64,000 nt of DNA from a virus (Duplodnaviria > Caudoviricetes), in the IMG/VR virus record IMGVR_UViG_3300048858_000099, positions 5,373-69,372 of that record. The stretch is one strand, 5' to 3'. This document shows positions 45,471 through 54,062 of the stretch, piece by piece; the first letter of the stretch is position 1, and every line of letters begins with the position of its first letter. The notes under the pieces are model-generated. The model did not search any database. It saw only the letters and a program-made list of their open reading frames with translations, and was not told where the DNA came from. The position numbers and the translations under genes were made by a program.

Positions 45471-45650
45471 TCAGGAGGGCGGGCGAAGGCCCATCTGACG
45501 ACGCGGCTCGCGCACCTCGACCAGGACTTCGCCGTTCGCGCCGAGGATGACACCAACCACCGGGTCTGGGTCGTCGTCCGAGAAGACGGTCATGGGTCCT
45601 GGGCTGGGGGAGTCGTCCCAGTAGGGCTCAGGCTCGTGCCAGTAGCTCAT
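45471..45650 (-). CDS. Small acidic hypothetical protein
   Basis: Translated by hand; ATG overlaps the TerS stop. Confidence 0.45.
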   Translation of the reverse strand: MSYWHEPEPYWDDSPSPGPMTVFSDDDPDPVVGVILGANGEVLVEVREPRRQMGLRPPS

Positions 45651-46180
45651 CCGGCTTCGAGCTGCAGGAGCGTGGCACGGACGAGCTGGGGCGCCTTGGC
45701 CTGCTGGTCCTTGGTGAGGCCGAGGCCGTCGAGGATGGTGCGAATGGCGATGGCGAGCATCTGGCCCTGGGCCTCGATCACGCGCACCTGTCGCTCAGCG
45801 ACACCGGCGTCCATGGCCGTCTTGGAGAGCTTGCCGGCCCGGTCCAGCCACTCCCCGTAGAGCTTGTGCCAGAGAGCTGCGGACGAGACGCCAGACGGGT
45901 CGTCCTCGTCGGCCTGGGCCATCTTCTCTTGCAGCCACAGCACCTCGGCCCAGCTGCGCCGGATCGCACCGTCGAGCACGGAGTAGGGGTCGACGTTGGG
46001 TGAGTCGAGCACCATGTTCTGGATGACCTCGCGGGCCGCAGCACGCTTACCCCCTGGTGAGGCTCCCGAGTGGTACTTACATCGCCCTGAGTGCTTGTGG
46101 TCTGTTCCGAAGCCTTTGACCAGCTTGCAGGTGGTGCCGTCCTTCTTGTTTGCACCGCACAAGCCGTCGTTCATCACCAT
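45647..46180 (-). CDS. Terminase small subunit-like protein (HGGxSTG-type)
   Basis: CGANKKDGTTC..GRCKYHSGASPG followed by a helical domain. Confidence 0.65.
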   Translation of the reverse strand: MVMNDGLCGANKKDGTTCKLVKGFGTDHKHSGRCKYHSGASPGGKRAAAREVIQNMVLDSPNVDPYSVLDGAIRRSWAEVLWLQEKMAQADEDDPSGVSSAALWHKLYGEWLDRAGKLSKTAMDAGVAERQVRVIEAQGQMLAIAIRTILDGLGLTKDQQAKAPQLVRATLLQLEAG

Positions 46181-46239
46181 GAGCCTACTGAGTTATGAGT
46201 CAAGAGTTTCGTCACGGTGACGGAACTGCGAGGGGTAGG

Positions 46240-46575
46240 TCACGAGAATCGTCCAGGTCGTGCCGCGTCCACTACCTCGCGAGGGACGTTCAGCACCGCG
46301 GCGATGATGCCGCTCCGATGGATGGTCCCGTCTGGCTCGGTCTCGGGTGCGCCGAGCATGTACTCAGTGAGACGGCGGCGTGCAGCAGTGAGTAGGGCAG
46401 TGCGCGCGATCTCGACGGCGTTGTCGTTGGGAGGTTCCTCGAGGTCAGTCAGGCAAACGGACACGAGCGATCCCAGCTCACGCAGCTTGTCGCGAAGTTT
46501 GGGGTCGGTCGTCTCCTCCTCTGCGCACTTGAGTTGGCGCATGGCCTTGTTGAGGCGGTCGGGGACGGTCGTCAC
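46240..46575 (-). CDS. Hypothetical protein
   Basis: 111 aa ORF with plausible composition. Confidence 0.5.
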   Translation of the reverse strand: MTTVPDRLNKAMRQLKCAEEETTDPKLRDKLRELGSLVSVCLTDLEEPPNDNAVEIARTALLTAARRRLTEYMLGAPETEPDGTIHRSGIIAAVLNVPREVVDAARPGRFS

Positions 46576-46634
46576 GCCGTCTGGTCTAGTTCGCGCGCAA
46601 CGGCTTCGCCATGAGTCATCCGGCCCAGATGGTG

Positions 46635-47057
46635 TCAGGAGTGGCAGGAACTCTGTGCCTGCATCTGTAGCGAACGCAGGTCGTCCATCTGGTCCAGGAT
46701 CTGGTCGCTTGGAGGATCGAGCGAGGCGTCTCCGCCCATCTCGTCCATGAGCATGCGGTGACGTTCCGCCCCCAGATCCATGATCTGGAACGTCAGGTCG
46801 TCAGCAAGTGAGCAAGCCGCCTGTCTGGCCTGTTCCGCCTGCTCTGCTGCAGCTCCTGCTGCGTCCAGCGCCTCCTGGGACCGCATCTCTTCGATGCGCG
46901 TGGTTGTCCGTCGAGGCTCCACGGTCACGGTGGTCTCAGGAGCGGGGACCGTTTGCGTGACCGTAACCGTTGGCGCGGGTGCCGCCTCGTCCGTGCTGCT
47001 GCAGGCCGTGAGTGCCAGGACGAGCAGGCAGAGCGAAGCGAGGGAACGGTGTCGCAT
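46635..47057 (-). CDS. Lipoprotein
   Basis: Lipobox LTAC after a signal-like segment; Pro/Thr linker. Confidence 0.75.
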   Translation of the reverse strand: MRHRSLASLCLLVLALTACSSTDEAAPAPTVTVTQTVPAPETTVTVEPRRTTTRIEEMRSQEALDAAGAAAEQAEQARQAACSLADDLTFQIMDLGAERHRMLMDEMGGDASLDPPSDQILDQMDDLRSLQMQAQSSCHS

Positions 47058-47164
47058 GCATGGATTCTGTACGACGTATGTGACTGCACTGACCGATTCG
47101 TGCGGACATCACCCAGGCGGAACAGGGGGTGTCACTAGTTGTGGCACCCCACTACGCGAAGTAG

Positions 47165-47239
47165 CTCCGAGGGTGAGACTCGAACTCACCTCCATCACGG
47201 TTAACAGCCGCGTGCGCTCACCTGGAGTGCTACCTCGGA
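47165..47239 (-). tRNA. trnN: tRNA-Asn(GTT)
   Basis: Acceptor TCCGAGG/CCTCGGA, anticodon loop CTGTTAA, T-loop TTCGAGT; no encoded CCA. Confidence 0.9.
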
Positions 47240-47243
47240 AGGG

Positions 47244-47316
47244 TGCGCAAGGAGAGGGTTGAACTCCCGACTTCCGGTTCCGTAGACCGGCGCTCTATCC
47301 ACTGAGCTACTTGCGC
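47244..47316 (-). tRNA. trnR: tRNA-Arg(ACG)
   Basis: Acceptor GCGCAAG/CTTGCGC, anticodon stem CCGGT/ACCGG with loop CTACGGA, T-loop TTCAACC. Confidence 0.9.
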
Positions 47317-47317
47317 T

Positions 47318-47394
47318 TGGTGCGTCAGGGCGGAGTCGAACCGCCGACCGTGGGCTTAAGAGGCCCCTGCTCTAACCAACTGAGCTACTGACGC
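47318..47394 (-). tRNA. trnK: tRNA-Lys(CTT)
   Basis: Acceptor GCGTCAG/CTGACGC, loop CTCTTAA, encoded CCA. Confidence 0.92.
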
Positions 47395-47398
47395 AGAG

Positions 47399-47469
47399 CA
47401 CGCGCGAGAGGTGTCGAACCCCTGTTCCCGGGTTTGGAAGCCGGTGTCTTGCCGTTAGACGACGCGCGC
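47399..47469 (-). tRNA. trnW: tRNA-Trp(CCA)
   Basis: Stem CCGGC/CCCGG (C-C mismatch) around loop TTCCAAA; G73 discriminator. The Gly(TCC) register pairs poorly. Confidence 0.75.
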
Positions 47470-47816
47470 AGGACGAAGCGAGGTATTTCGCTTTCGCCAT
47501 CGCAGCGGTCGCTCGAAACAGGTCATGGAAACAGCTTAGTCGGAACCGCAGAGGTCGGCTGCGGTTCCACTGTGCGAGCTGCAATGCCCTGACAAGACGC
47601 GGGGTTGACCAGTCTCTGACTCGCACGAAGTGTCCGTGACTGGCGGAGTAGGCGCGCAGAGTCGCCTCGTTCTTAAGTCACGCCCCAACGTCGAACACAA
47701 ACCCGACAGCTACGACTCGCCCGCTCGGTATGCAACTTCTGCAAGTGCCGGGCCGTGACCTCCGCCAGACCGGAGTGATCCGCACACTAGCCGCTCGGCG
47801 GAACTAGACCGAGCGC

Positions 47817-48902
47817 ATGAACAGATCCGAAGTCCAGTCCAAACTACTCAGCCTGGGTGGCGAGAAGACCGACGCGTTCACCAACTCCGTGTTCGGTCTC
47901 GGCATCAACGATGCAGACACAGCCGAACAACTCCTGCTGATGGCCACCGTGCTCTCCGACAAGGGGTACGTGGGACCGAACTACCTCAGGACGGTGAAGG
48001 AGTGGGCCGCGTCACTGAAGGCGCCAGTGCCCACCCCGGCAACTCCTGCACCGTCAAAGGCCGTTGAGCCCACGCTGTACGCCGCCAGCAACCAAGCACT
48101 CGACCACGGTCACCAGCGTCTCGGGACCACGCCGCAAGGCGTCTGGGTCAACGGCTGGGGCGACATGGACCGGGCGCGTGAAGTCGCCCAGAAGGCCAAG
48201 GCCGCGGGTCAGGTGCCCCACCTTGTCGCGTACTACGCCGAGAACCGAGACAACGGTCAGTACAGCGCAGGAGGAGCCGCTAGTTCGCAGGACTACCGCA
48301 ACTGGGGCCGTGCTCTCGCAGACGCCATCCGGGGGTCGAACGCCATCGTGGTCCTGGAGCCCGATGCACTCACGCTCTACAACGGCACCCCTTCGACCCG
48401 GTACGCGGATCTGGGCTACGTCGGCAAGCTGCTCCTCGAAGCAGGCGCGAAGGTGTTCCTGTCGGCCGGCCACAGCCGATGGCTACCGGCCGACGAGGTT
48501 GCGAACCGTGGTCGCCAGGTGGGCTTCGGGAACTTCACGGGCTTCAGCTTCAACGACTCGAACTACCGCCCCCTGGCCGAGCAGGTCGTGTTCGCCGAGC
48601 AGGTGTGGGCGATGACGAACAAGGCCTACGTCATCGACACCTCGCGCAACGGGGCGGGCAAGGCGCCGCTCATCGAGGACGGGAGCGAGCGAGCGTGGTG
48701 CAACCAGCCCAGCCGGACGTTCGGCGAGCTGCCGACGCTCAAGCCGTCTCAGGGGGAGCACTGCTACGCCTATCTCTGGACGAAGCACGCTGGCGAGAGC
48801 GACGGGGCATGGAACCCATACAAGGGCGATCACAGTGCACCTGGGGCCGGTCAGTGGTTTGAGGAGTACGTGCAGGAGATGGAGCGGAACTCAGGCTGGT
48901 GA
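47817..48902 (+). CDS. Glycoside hydrolase family 6 (endoglucanase-like) with N-terminal helical domain and Pro/Thr linker
   Basis: ENRDNGQYSAGG, VVLEPDAL, SAGHSRWL, NDSNY, YVIDTSRNG, WCN, WTKHAGESDG; no obvious signal peptide. Confidence 0.92.
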   Translation: MNRSEVQSKLLSLGGEKTDAFTNSVFGLGINDADTAEQLLLMATVLSDKGYVGPNYLRTVKEWAASLKAPVPTPATPAPSKAVEPTLYAASNQALDHGHQRLGTTPQGVWVNGWGDMDRAREVAQKAKAAGQVPHLVAYYAENRDNGQYSAGGAASSQDYRNWGRALADAIRGSNAIVVLEPDALTLYNGTPSTRYADLGYVGKLLLEAGAKVFLSAGHSRWLPADEVANRGRQVGFGNFTGFSFNDSNYRPLAEQVVFAEQVWAMTNKAYVIDTSRNGAGKAPLIEDGSERAWCNQPSRTFGELPTLKPSQGEHCYAYLWTKHAGESDGAWNPYKGDHSAPGAGQWFEEYVQEMERNSGW

Positions 48903-49649
48903 GCCTTCTCGGCAGGACGTCTCACGTGCTGTGGGTTGCTTGTCGATCATGGAGTCTGTCGGTTCGGCGTCGACGGGGACAACATCACGCCACTTGCTGT
49001 TGCCATCAAACACAGCGCTAATCTCGCACCCGTTGCCGAACGTCAGGTGCAACCACACCTCGTAGTCTGCGGTCTCCAGACACGGCGACGGGACCCCCGT
49101 GTTCCTTGAGAAGTAGATGGTTGCTTTCATGCTTCTGCCCCCCTCAAGTATGGCGCCGTTCAGTGGTGCCTCCGGGGTCGTTGCAACGACTGAGTTCTCA
49201 AGGCCGCGGTTTTGGCACACGCCATCGCCATAGGTGAAGAATAGGACGGCCTGGACCTGAGCGATATCGGTTGGTGACCTTCCTTCGTTTCTCAGGCCGA
49301 AGTTGAGCTTGCCCACACCGAAGAACCACTCTCCAGGTCGGGATCCACTCGGGCTGTAGGCAACGGGGAGAGCTCCGGAGCCCTCAGCAATCTCTAGGTT
49401 TGCTTGCGCGGCACGCAAGGCTGACTCCGACGTTCGAAAGTTGACTACGCCGACGCCGATGCTGGTCACGAGCGCTAGGCCGGCAGCGGCTGCCGTAAGC
49501 CGCTTGTAGCGGAGGTCTCGCTTGTCGGCCAGGCGACTACGACGGTCGGCCTCCTGCTTCTGCTCCCACTCGACACGCTCGCGCTGCGACTTGGCGGCCT
49601 CCCACTCGAGGGCGTCCCGGTCGCTCGACTTGGCGCGTCGTCGTGGCAC
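48891..49649 (-). CDS. Single-TM protein with extracellular beta domain
   Basis: Charged N-terminus, one TM, Cys pairs. Confidence 0.55.
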   Translation of the reverse strand: MPRRRAKSSDRDALEWEAAKSQRERVEWEQKQEADRRSRLADKRDLRYKRLTAAAAGLALVTSIGVGVVNFRTSESALRAAQANLEIAEGSGALPVAYSPSGSRPGEWFFGVGKLNFGLRNEGRSPTDIAQVQAVLFFTYGDGVCQNRGLENSVVATTPEAPLNGAILEGGRSMKATIYFSRNTGVPSPCLETADYEVWLHLTFGNGCEISAVFDGNSKWRDVVPVDAEPTDSMIDKQPTARETSCREGSPA

Positions 49650-49742
49650 AGGGGGACGGTAGGGCCTGCGTCACCCCGGCCCCTGACGACACACTGGGGC
49701 GACACCCCCGCAGGTCCCATCCCCACCGCGGGGGTGCCGCGT

Positions 49743-50063
49743 TCAGGGGGTGCGCCGCTTGACTTGGCACCGTGGGTTGGTCCGCTGGCATTCAGGCCGT
49801 GTGCACCAGCGCTTCGGGTGCAGGCTGTAGGGCTCCTCGTCGCGCTCCCACTCGTCGACTTCCCACCAGCACGCCAGACAGATGGGGTTCTCGTCCGTGT
49901 AGGGGCTAGGCGGGTCCGTGATCGAGCGGTAGCGACCGCAGTAGCTCCACTCGGAGGAGCGCTGGTTCGCCGTGTGATCCCAGTCCCAGATGTGGAGACA
50001 GCCCAGTCTCTCGTCAATGACGTCGAGCACGATGTCGAAAAGGGGTTCGCTCGCTACTGACAC
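49743..50063 (-). CDS. Cys/Trp-rich hypothetical protein
   Basis: 106 aa; CLAC and C..P.C motifs. Confidence 0.5.
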   Translation of the reverse strand: MSVASEPLFDIVLDVIDERLGCLHIWDWDHTANQRSSEWSYCGRYRSITDPPSPYTDENPICLACWWEVDEWERDEEPYSLHPKRWCTRPECQRTNPRCQVKRRTP

Positions 50064-50166
50064 GAGAGGAGCGTAAAGACCTCAGAGGTGAATGCGGAAG
50101 GGCGCCGAGGAAGTCCCCGACGCCCTTCGCTTCGTATTGACCGCTGTTATCTCGTGGTGCCTTTTG

Positions 50167-50508
50167 TTACTGTCCGGTGGCTTCCTGGAACTTGACGAGA
50201 AGGTCGTTGCTGAGGCGTCCACGGTCGGAAACCTCGATGCCTTCCTTCTTCGCCCACTCCCGGACGGCCGTCGTGTCGACCTTGGAGCTCGGGGCCGCGG
50301 CAGCCTTCTTGGCCGGGCCACGACGTGCGCCGCCGCCAACGCGGCGACCAGCCTCAAGGTAGGGAGCAAGGGCCTCGCGGAGCTGCTTCGCGTGCTCGTC
50401 GTTGAGGTCAAGCTCGTAGGTCACGCCATCCAGCCCGAGCGAGACGGTCTCTTGCGCCTCGGAGCCGTCGAGGTCATCAACGAGGGTGATCTGCGTGCGG
50501 GAAGCCAT
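50167..50508 (-). CDS. lsr2: Lsr2 nucleoid-associated protein
   Basis: LVDDLDG..A.ETV..GLDGVTYELDL..LREALAPY..VREWA..GIEVSDRGRL. Confidence 0.95.
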   Translation of the reverse strand: MASRTQITLVDDLDGSEAQETVSLGLDGVTYELDLNDEHAKQLREALAPYLEAGRRVGGGARRGPAKKAAAAPSSKVDTTAVREWAKKEGIEVSDRGRLSNDLLVKFQEATGQ

Positions 50509-50770
50509 GACGGGATCATCCCATGGCGCAGCTACGTGATCTGGTCCTCACGCACCGAGAGAGCATGGATCTGGTCAAGGGCATCACGCCGGTCCTGAGA
50601 CTCGGCCTTGGCGATGCGGTGGTAGCGGACGATGGAGTGCAAGAGCCACGCGGTGCCGGTCTCCTGCCCAAGCACCCATGCTCGCGCGCCCGGCTCCCCG
50701 AGTAGGAGCATCAACGACCTGACGTGGATCTCTAGTGCGTCGTCCTGGTCGAGGTCGAAAGACCCACCCA

Positions 50771-51037
50771 CTACAGCCCAACCATGCGATCGACCGCTGA
50801 GGCCAGGGCCTCCTCCTTGACGTACACGAGTCCAGGGCACGCCTCGTTGACGCATGGCGCAGCGATGAAAGCGACTTTTCCCCTTGCGCCCTGGTTACGG
50901 CCGGTGGTGTCGCGCAATACGGACTCAATGACCTTGTGGCCGTGGCCGTCGAGCTTCTTGTTGTGCTGGGCCTTGTAGATGATGTCGCCCTTAGCGGTGA
51001 GCACATCGAGGAGCAGGGGTGCGGCTTTCTTTGCCAT
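50771..51037 (-). CDS. Hypothetical protein; a second frame (50532 to ~50773) follows
   Basis: RBS upstream; the downstream frame starts at an overlapping TAGTG or results from a frameshift. Confidence 0.5.
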   Translation of the reverse strand: MAKKAAPLLLDVLTAKGDIIYKAQHNKKLDGHGHKVIESVLRDTTGRNQGARGKVAFIAAPCVNEACPGLVYVKEEALASAVDRMVGL

Positions 51038-51193
51038 CGTGGTCTCTTTTCAGTTAGTGGAGTACTGCAATCCTCACGCTAAGCGTTCTTGGGCGCAGGG
51101 TCGATGAGTCGTTCGACTCATTTAGCTACTCCAGGAGGGTGGTCTTGGCGTCTGAGCCTGGCGTCTGTGGTCTGAGACGCCCACAGTCGAGCC

Positions 51194-51619
51194 ATGACCA
51201 CAGTGACGATCGACACGACCGACTACACCGACCTGCTTGCCCGCGTGGAGCGAGCCGAGGGACTGCTGGCGGGGATCACCGCCGAACTGAGGCGCTACGC
51301 CACGCCAACGCAGACGGGCCCAGCGGTCATGCCGGAGGGTGACCTGCGCCGCATGTTCGAGCAGGGCGTGAACAAGCCAGGGGACCAGTACCGTGCGGTC
51401 GTCGGCGGGAAGACCATCACTGCGGTCATCAACAACGTGGGCGCCATCGTCGTTAACGGGACGGCGTGGCACGGTCCCAGCCCGGCCATGAAGTCGGCCA
51501 CAGGAACCCAGCAGAACGGCTTCCAGAAGTTCTTCCGGGTGCGCGACAACGTGCGCATGCACGAGCTGCGGAACCAGGCGCGCGAGCGTGAGGGGCTGGA
51601 AGCCGTCGTCTGGAGCTGA
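51194..51619 (+). CDS. Standalone RAMA/DUF4357-like domain protein
   Basis: AVINNVGAIVVNGTAWHGPSPAMKSATGTQQNGFQKFF matches the G.I...G..f.SPS.A....NGW pattern. Confidence 0.6.
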   Translation: MTTVTIDTTDYTDLLARVERAEGLLAGITAELRRYATPTQTGPAVMPEGDLRRMFEQGVNKPGDQYRAVVGGKTITAVINNVGAIVVNGTAWHGPSPAMKSATGTQQNGFQKFFRVRDNVRMHELRNQAREREGLEAVVWS

Positions 51620-51853
51620 TTACGAGTCGCCGAGCGCGCGCCGGGCCTCACGGACCCGAGCCACGTTTGCTGCTCGGCGAGCCGGCGGCGCGGGCCGGTA
51701 GGTACCCTCGCGCTCACCAGGGCAGAGGACGTGGAGTAGCAGTCGTTCACCGTCGCGGTTCTCGAAGCGGGCACGGTGGCCCTGATGGATCAACTCGTTG
51801 CACTCTGAGCAGCGGGTGTTGGGGTACTTCACGTGGAACGTTCCGTCGCTCAT
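51620..51853 (-). CDS. Small zinc-binding protein
   Basis: CSEC..H.LC. Confidence 0.55.
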   Translation of the reverse strand: MSDGTFHVKYPNTRCSECNELIHQGHRARFENRDGERLLLHVLCPGEREGTYRPAPPARRAANVARVREARRALGDS

Positions 51854-52236
51854 AGCTCGACACCAAACGCGGCAAGGACACGTTCTCGTGGCACAGCTCG
51901 AGTCAGTATGGCGACCACGCGAGCGCGTGGAGCCTGTGCGCTGAGGTCATCGTCGAGACAATCGAGGTCGGGTTCGATCTCACCAACGGGTTCGACCTCG
52001 TAGACCGATCCGCCCAGGTGGCAGCAGTGACCCTCGTGCAGCGCGGCGAACATGGCCGCTGCTCTGACGTCGGAGGTGACGTAGACACGATCTTTGCGAT
52101 GCACCCGCTCGACCTGTGCCTGCATCGCCTTGTCTGAATGGTCCAGGTCGCTCACCGACACAGCTCCGGTCTCGGTGGGAGGAAGGATCGAGTCGCCAAC
52201 GGCCAGACCCGTCACCCCGCCGTGGAACCACGTCAC
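51850..52236 (-). CDS. Arr-like (rifampin ADP-ribosyltransferase family) protein
   Basis: WFHG..LAVGD.I.P, RVYVT, VYEVEPVGEIEPD: H-Y-D residues in Arr-like positions. Confidence 0.75.
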   Translation of the reverse strand: MTWFHGGVTGLAVGDSILPPTETGAVSVSDLDHSDKAMQAQVERVHRKDRVYVTSDVRAAAMFAALHEGHCCHLGGSVYEVEPVGEIEPDLDCLDDDLSAQAPRARVVAILTRAVPRERVLAAFGVEL

Positions 52237-52520
52237 GACTCACGCCCCTGCACCACAGCCCGCCAGACGTCCTCGGCGGGGATGCCGGCATCGAGGCAGG
52301 CCACGTACGCCACGTCGAACCGCTCGTTGAGCTGTGGCGGGATGTTGCCTGGGAAGTCCTCGGGCACCGTCAAGAGGCGTAGCTCCTCCCAGTAGGCCGT
52401 CAGTCGGTCCAGGAGGATGCGCTTGGCCACCATGTCGGAGTCGAAGACGATGGCCTCGATCTCGTCGGTCGTGACGCCGTGGTGGTCGGCAAGCTGCTGG
52501 ATCTGCTCGGCCGGGGTCAC
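52233..52520 (-). CDS. Hypothetical protein
   Basis: Coupled ORF. Confidence 0.55.
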   Translation of the reverse strand: MTPAEQIQQLADHHGVTTDEIEAIVFDSDMVAKRILLDRLTAYWEELRLLTVPEDFPGNIPPQLNERFDVAYVACLDAGIPAEDVWRAVVQGRES

Positions 52521-52741
52521 GCGTCCTCCCGAAGCCGCATCCAGTGCTCGGTGTCATCGTCGGTGCCCGGAAACGCGAAGTTCCGCACCCACCCGTCGAC
52601 AACGGAAGCCGCTGAGTCGAACGGTCTGACGGGGATGTCTCCCGCGATGGAGTACTCGTAGTCGGGGTGTGCTTCGTAGCGGTGCAGGACGGCGGCCAGA
52701 CGGGCCACCTCATCGGTCGAGGTCGGAGTGCTGAGCAACAT
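52517..52741 (-). CDS. Small protein with the VARLAAVLH..HPDY.Y domain
   Basis: Same motif occurs twice in 56916-57650. Confidence 0.6.
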   Translation of the reverse strand: MLLSTPTSTDEVARLAAVLHRYEAHPDYEYSIAGDIPVRPFDSAASVVDGWVRNFAFPGTDDDTEHWMRLREDA

Positions 52742-52743
52742 GA

Positions 52744-53022
52744 CTAGTCCTCCTTGGGGAAGCAGGCGTCAGAGAAGGCATGGTCCGTCTCGCCCCGGTC
52801 AGTGACCGACAGTCGGTTTTCATCGCAGCGTTCACATCGGAGAGCGATGTGGCATGGGCAGTAGTCCCGTCCTGCCTCGCTGCTCCATTCGCTGTAGCCC
52901 GCGTTCTCCGACAGAAGTTGCGCATCGGCGTAGAACGCGAACTCGTCGTGGTCTGCGGTCGCACATGAACAGTTCTTGTAGTCGCAGATCATCTTGTAGG
53001 CGGTGAGTTCAATCGTGGTCAC
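52744..53022 (-). CDS. Cys-rich hypothetical protein
   Basis: GTG at 53022; CD..C, CPCH, CERC. Confidence 0.55.
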   Translation of the reverse strand: MTTIELTAYKMICDYKNCSCATADHDEFAFYADAQLLSENAGYSEWSSEAGRDYCPCHIALRCERCDENRLSVTDRGETDHAFSDACFPKED

Positions 53023-53203
53023 TGGTGTTCTCCTTCGGGGGTAGGTCTGCTGCGATTGCGTTGAGGTGGGCGCGCGTCCAGAGGTAGGAGCGGCCGATCT
53101 TGCGGTGGGGCTGGAGGTGGCGACGGGAGACGCGCTTGAGTACGGCGTCGACGCCGATGCCCAGTTCCGCGGCAACCTCGTCGGTGGTGAGGTAGTCGTT
53201 CAC
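53009..53203 (-). CDS. Excisionase/MerR-like helix-turn-helix protein
   Basis: YLTTDEVAAELGI..V..R..L..KIGRSYLW. Confidence 0.75.
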   Translation of the reverse strand: MNDYLTTDEVAAELGIGVDAVLKRVSRRHLQPHRKIGRSYLWTRAHLNAIAADLPPKENTSDHD

Positions 53204-53670
53204 GTGCCGGTCCCCAGCTTGAGCAGCGAGGGCATGGCGCCGGACTGATAGGCCTCAGCGATCTGCGGACGTGCCCAGTTTCCGAAGGTTGATCCGTCCG
53301 GGAGCACGATGTGGGCCATGAACTCGTCCTCGAAGGTAGTGATGCCCGCCTCGACGGCTTCCAGTTTGGCCTTGATGGCGAGAGCCAGCGCGCGCCATCG
53401 TTGACGACACGCTTGCTCCCACGCCTTGTAGGCATCGGCCTCCGTGCGAGCTGTGCCCCTGCTCGGAGTGTGAGTGAAATCGCGGCTGGTCTTGTCCGGC
53501 AGGGGCAGCACGAACCGGATGTGACGCTGCTGGTGCTCGAACTGCACCACAGCTCGCCCGGTTTCCCAGCCGTAGGCAAACGAATCAGCGCCGTAGCGCT
53601 GCAGCGTTCGCTCGATCTCGCCTCGGCTGCTCTCCACGCTGACGCTGGTGCTCTCGGCGTACCGGCTCAC
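53200..53670 (-). CDS. Conserved phage hypothetical protein
   Basis: YAESTSVSVESSRGEIE..WRAL.L.IKAKLEAVEAGITTFEDEF; GTG at 53670. Confidence 0.7.
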   Translation of the reverse strand: MSRYAESTSVSVESSRGEIERTLQRYGADSFAYGWETGRAVVQFEHQQRHIRFVLPLPDKTSRDFTHTPSRGTARTEADAYKAWEQACRQRWRALALAIKAKLEAVEAGITTFEDEFMAHIVLPDGSTFGNWARPQIAEAYQSGAMPSLLKLGTGT

Positions 53671-54062
53671 AGCCCGAACTCCCAGCCGCGCACCTCGACG
53701 TCTGTGCTGCGGGTGTCCCGGTCCAGCTGCAGTGTGCGGAAGTAGCTGACCGTCGCCTGGGCCACCTGCGTCGTTTCGCCTCGGGGGCCAACGGCGCCAG
53801 TAACCACCACGTCTCCGTAGGCCGGGTGGATAGCGCCGCTGACGTCGTGCTGCCAGTGCACCAGGCGGGTGTTCAGCGGTAGCCCTGACTCTTCGTACCG
53901 GTCGTTGCACATGACCTCTGCGTCTGGGTGGGTCTGAGATTCGACGTATCCGCCGACGAGACGCTGCAGGTTCTGTACTTCCTTGCCGTTGTGACCGATG
54001 TCCACCAGGCGCACGGGCTTGGTGGGGTCTGCGGGGATGAGTAGTGCCTTCTTCGTTGCCAT
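53667..54062 (-). CDS. DUF3846-like protein
   Basis: LQRLVGGYVE, MCND..GLPLN, GDVVVTG; ends EVRGWEFGL. Confidence 0.7.
   Translation of the reverse strand: MATKKALLIPADPTKPVRLVDIGHNGKEVQNLQRLVGGYVESQTHPDAEVMCNDRYEESGLPLNTRLVHWQHDVSGAIHPAYGDVVVTGAVGPRGETTQVAQATVSYFRTLQLDRDTRSTDVEVRGWEFGL

Noticed and set aside
47399-47469. tRNA-Gly(TCC) assignment
   Set aside because: The Gly register gives a poorly paired anticodon stem; the Trp(CCA) register pairs better and has the G73 discriminator.
50532-51037. Frameshifted pseudogene joining 50771-51037 with the downstream frame
   Set aside because: An overlapping TAGTG start explains two separate genes equally well; this cannot be decided without homologs.
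53009-53203. Integration module
   Set aside because: Only an excisionase-like HTH is present; no integrase, transposase or att-like duplication was seen in the window.
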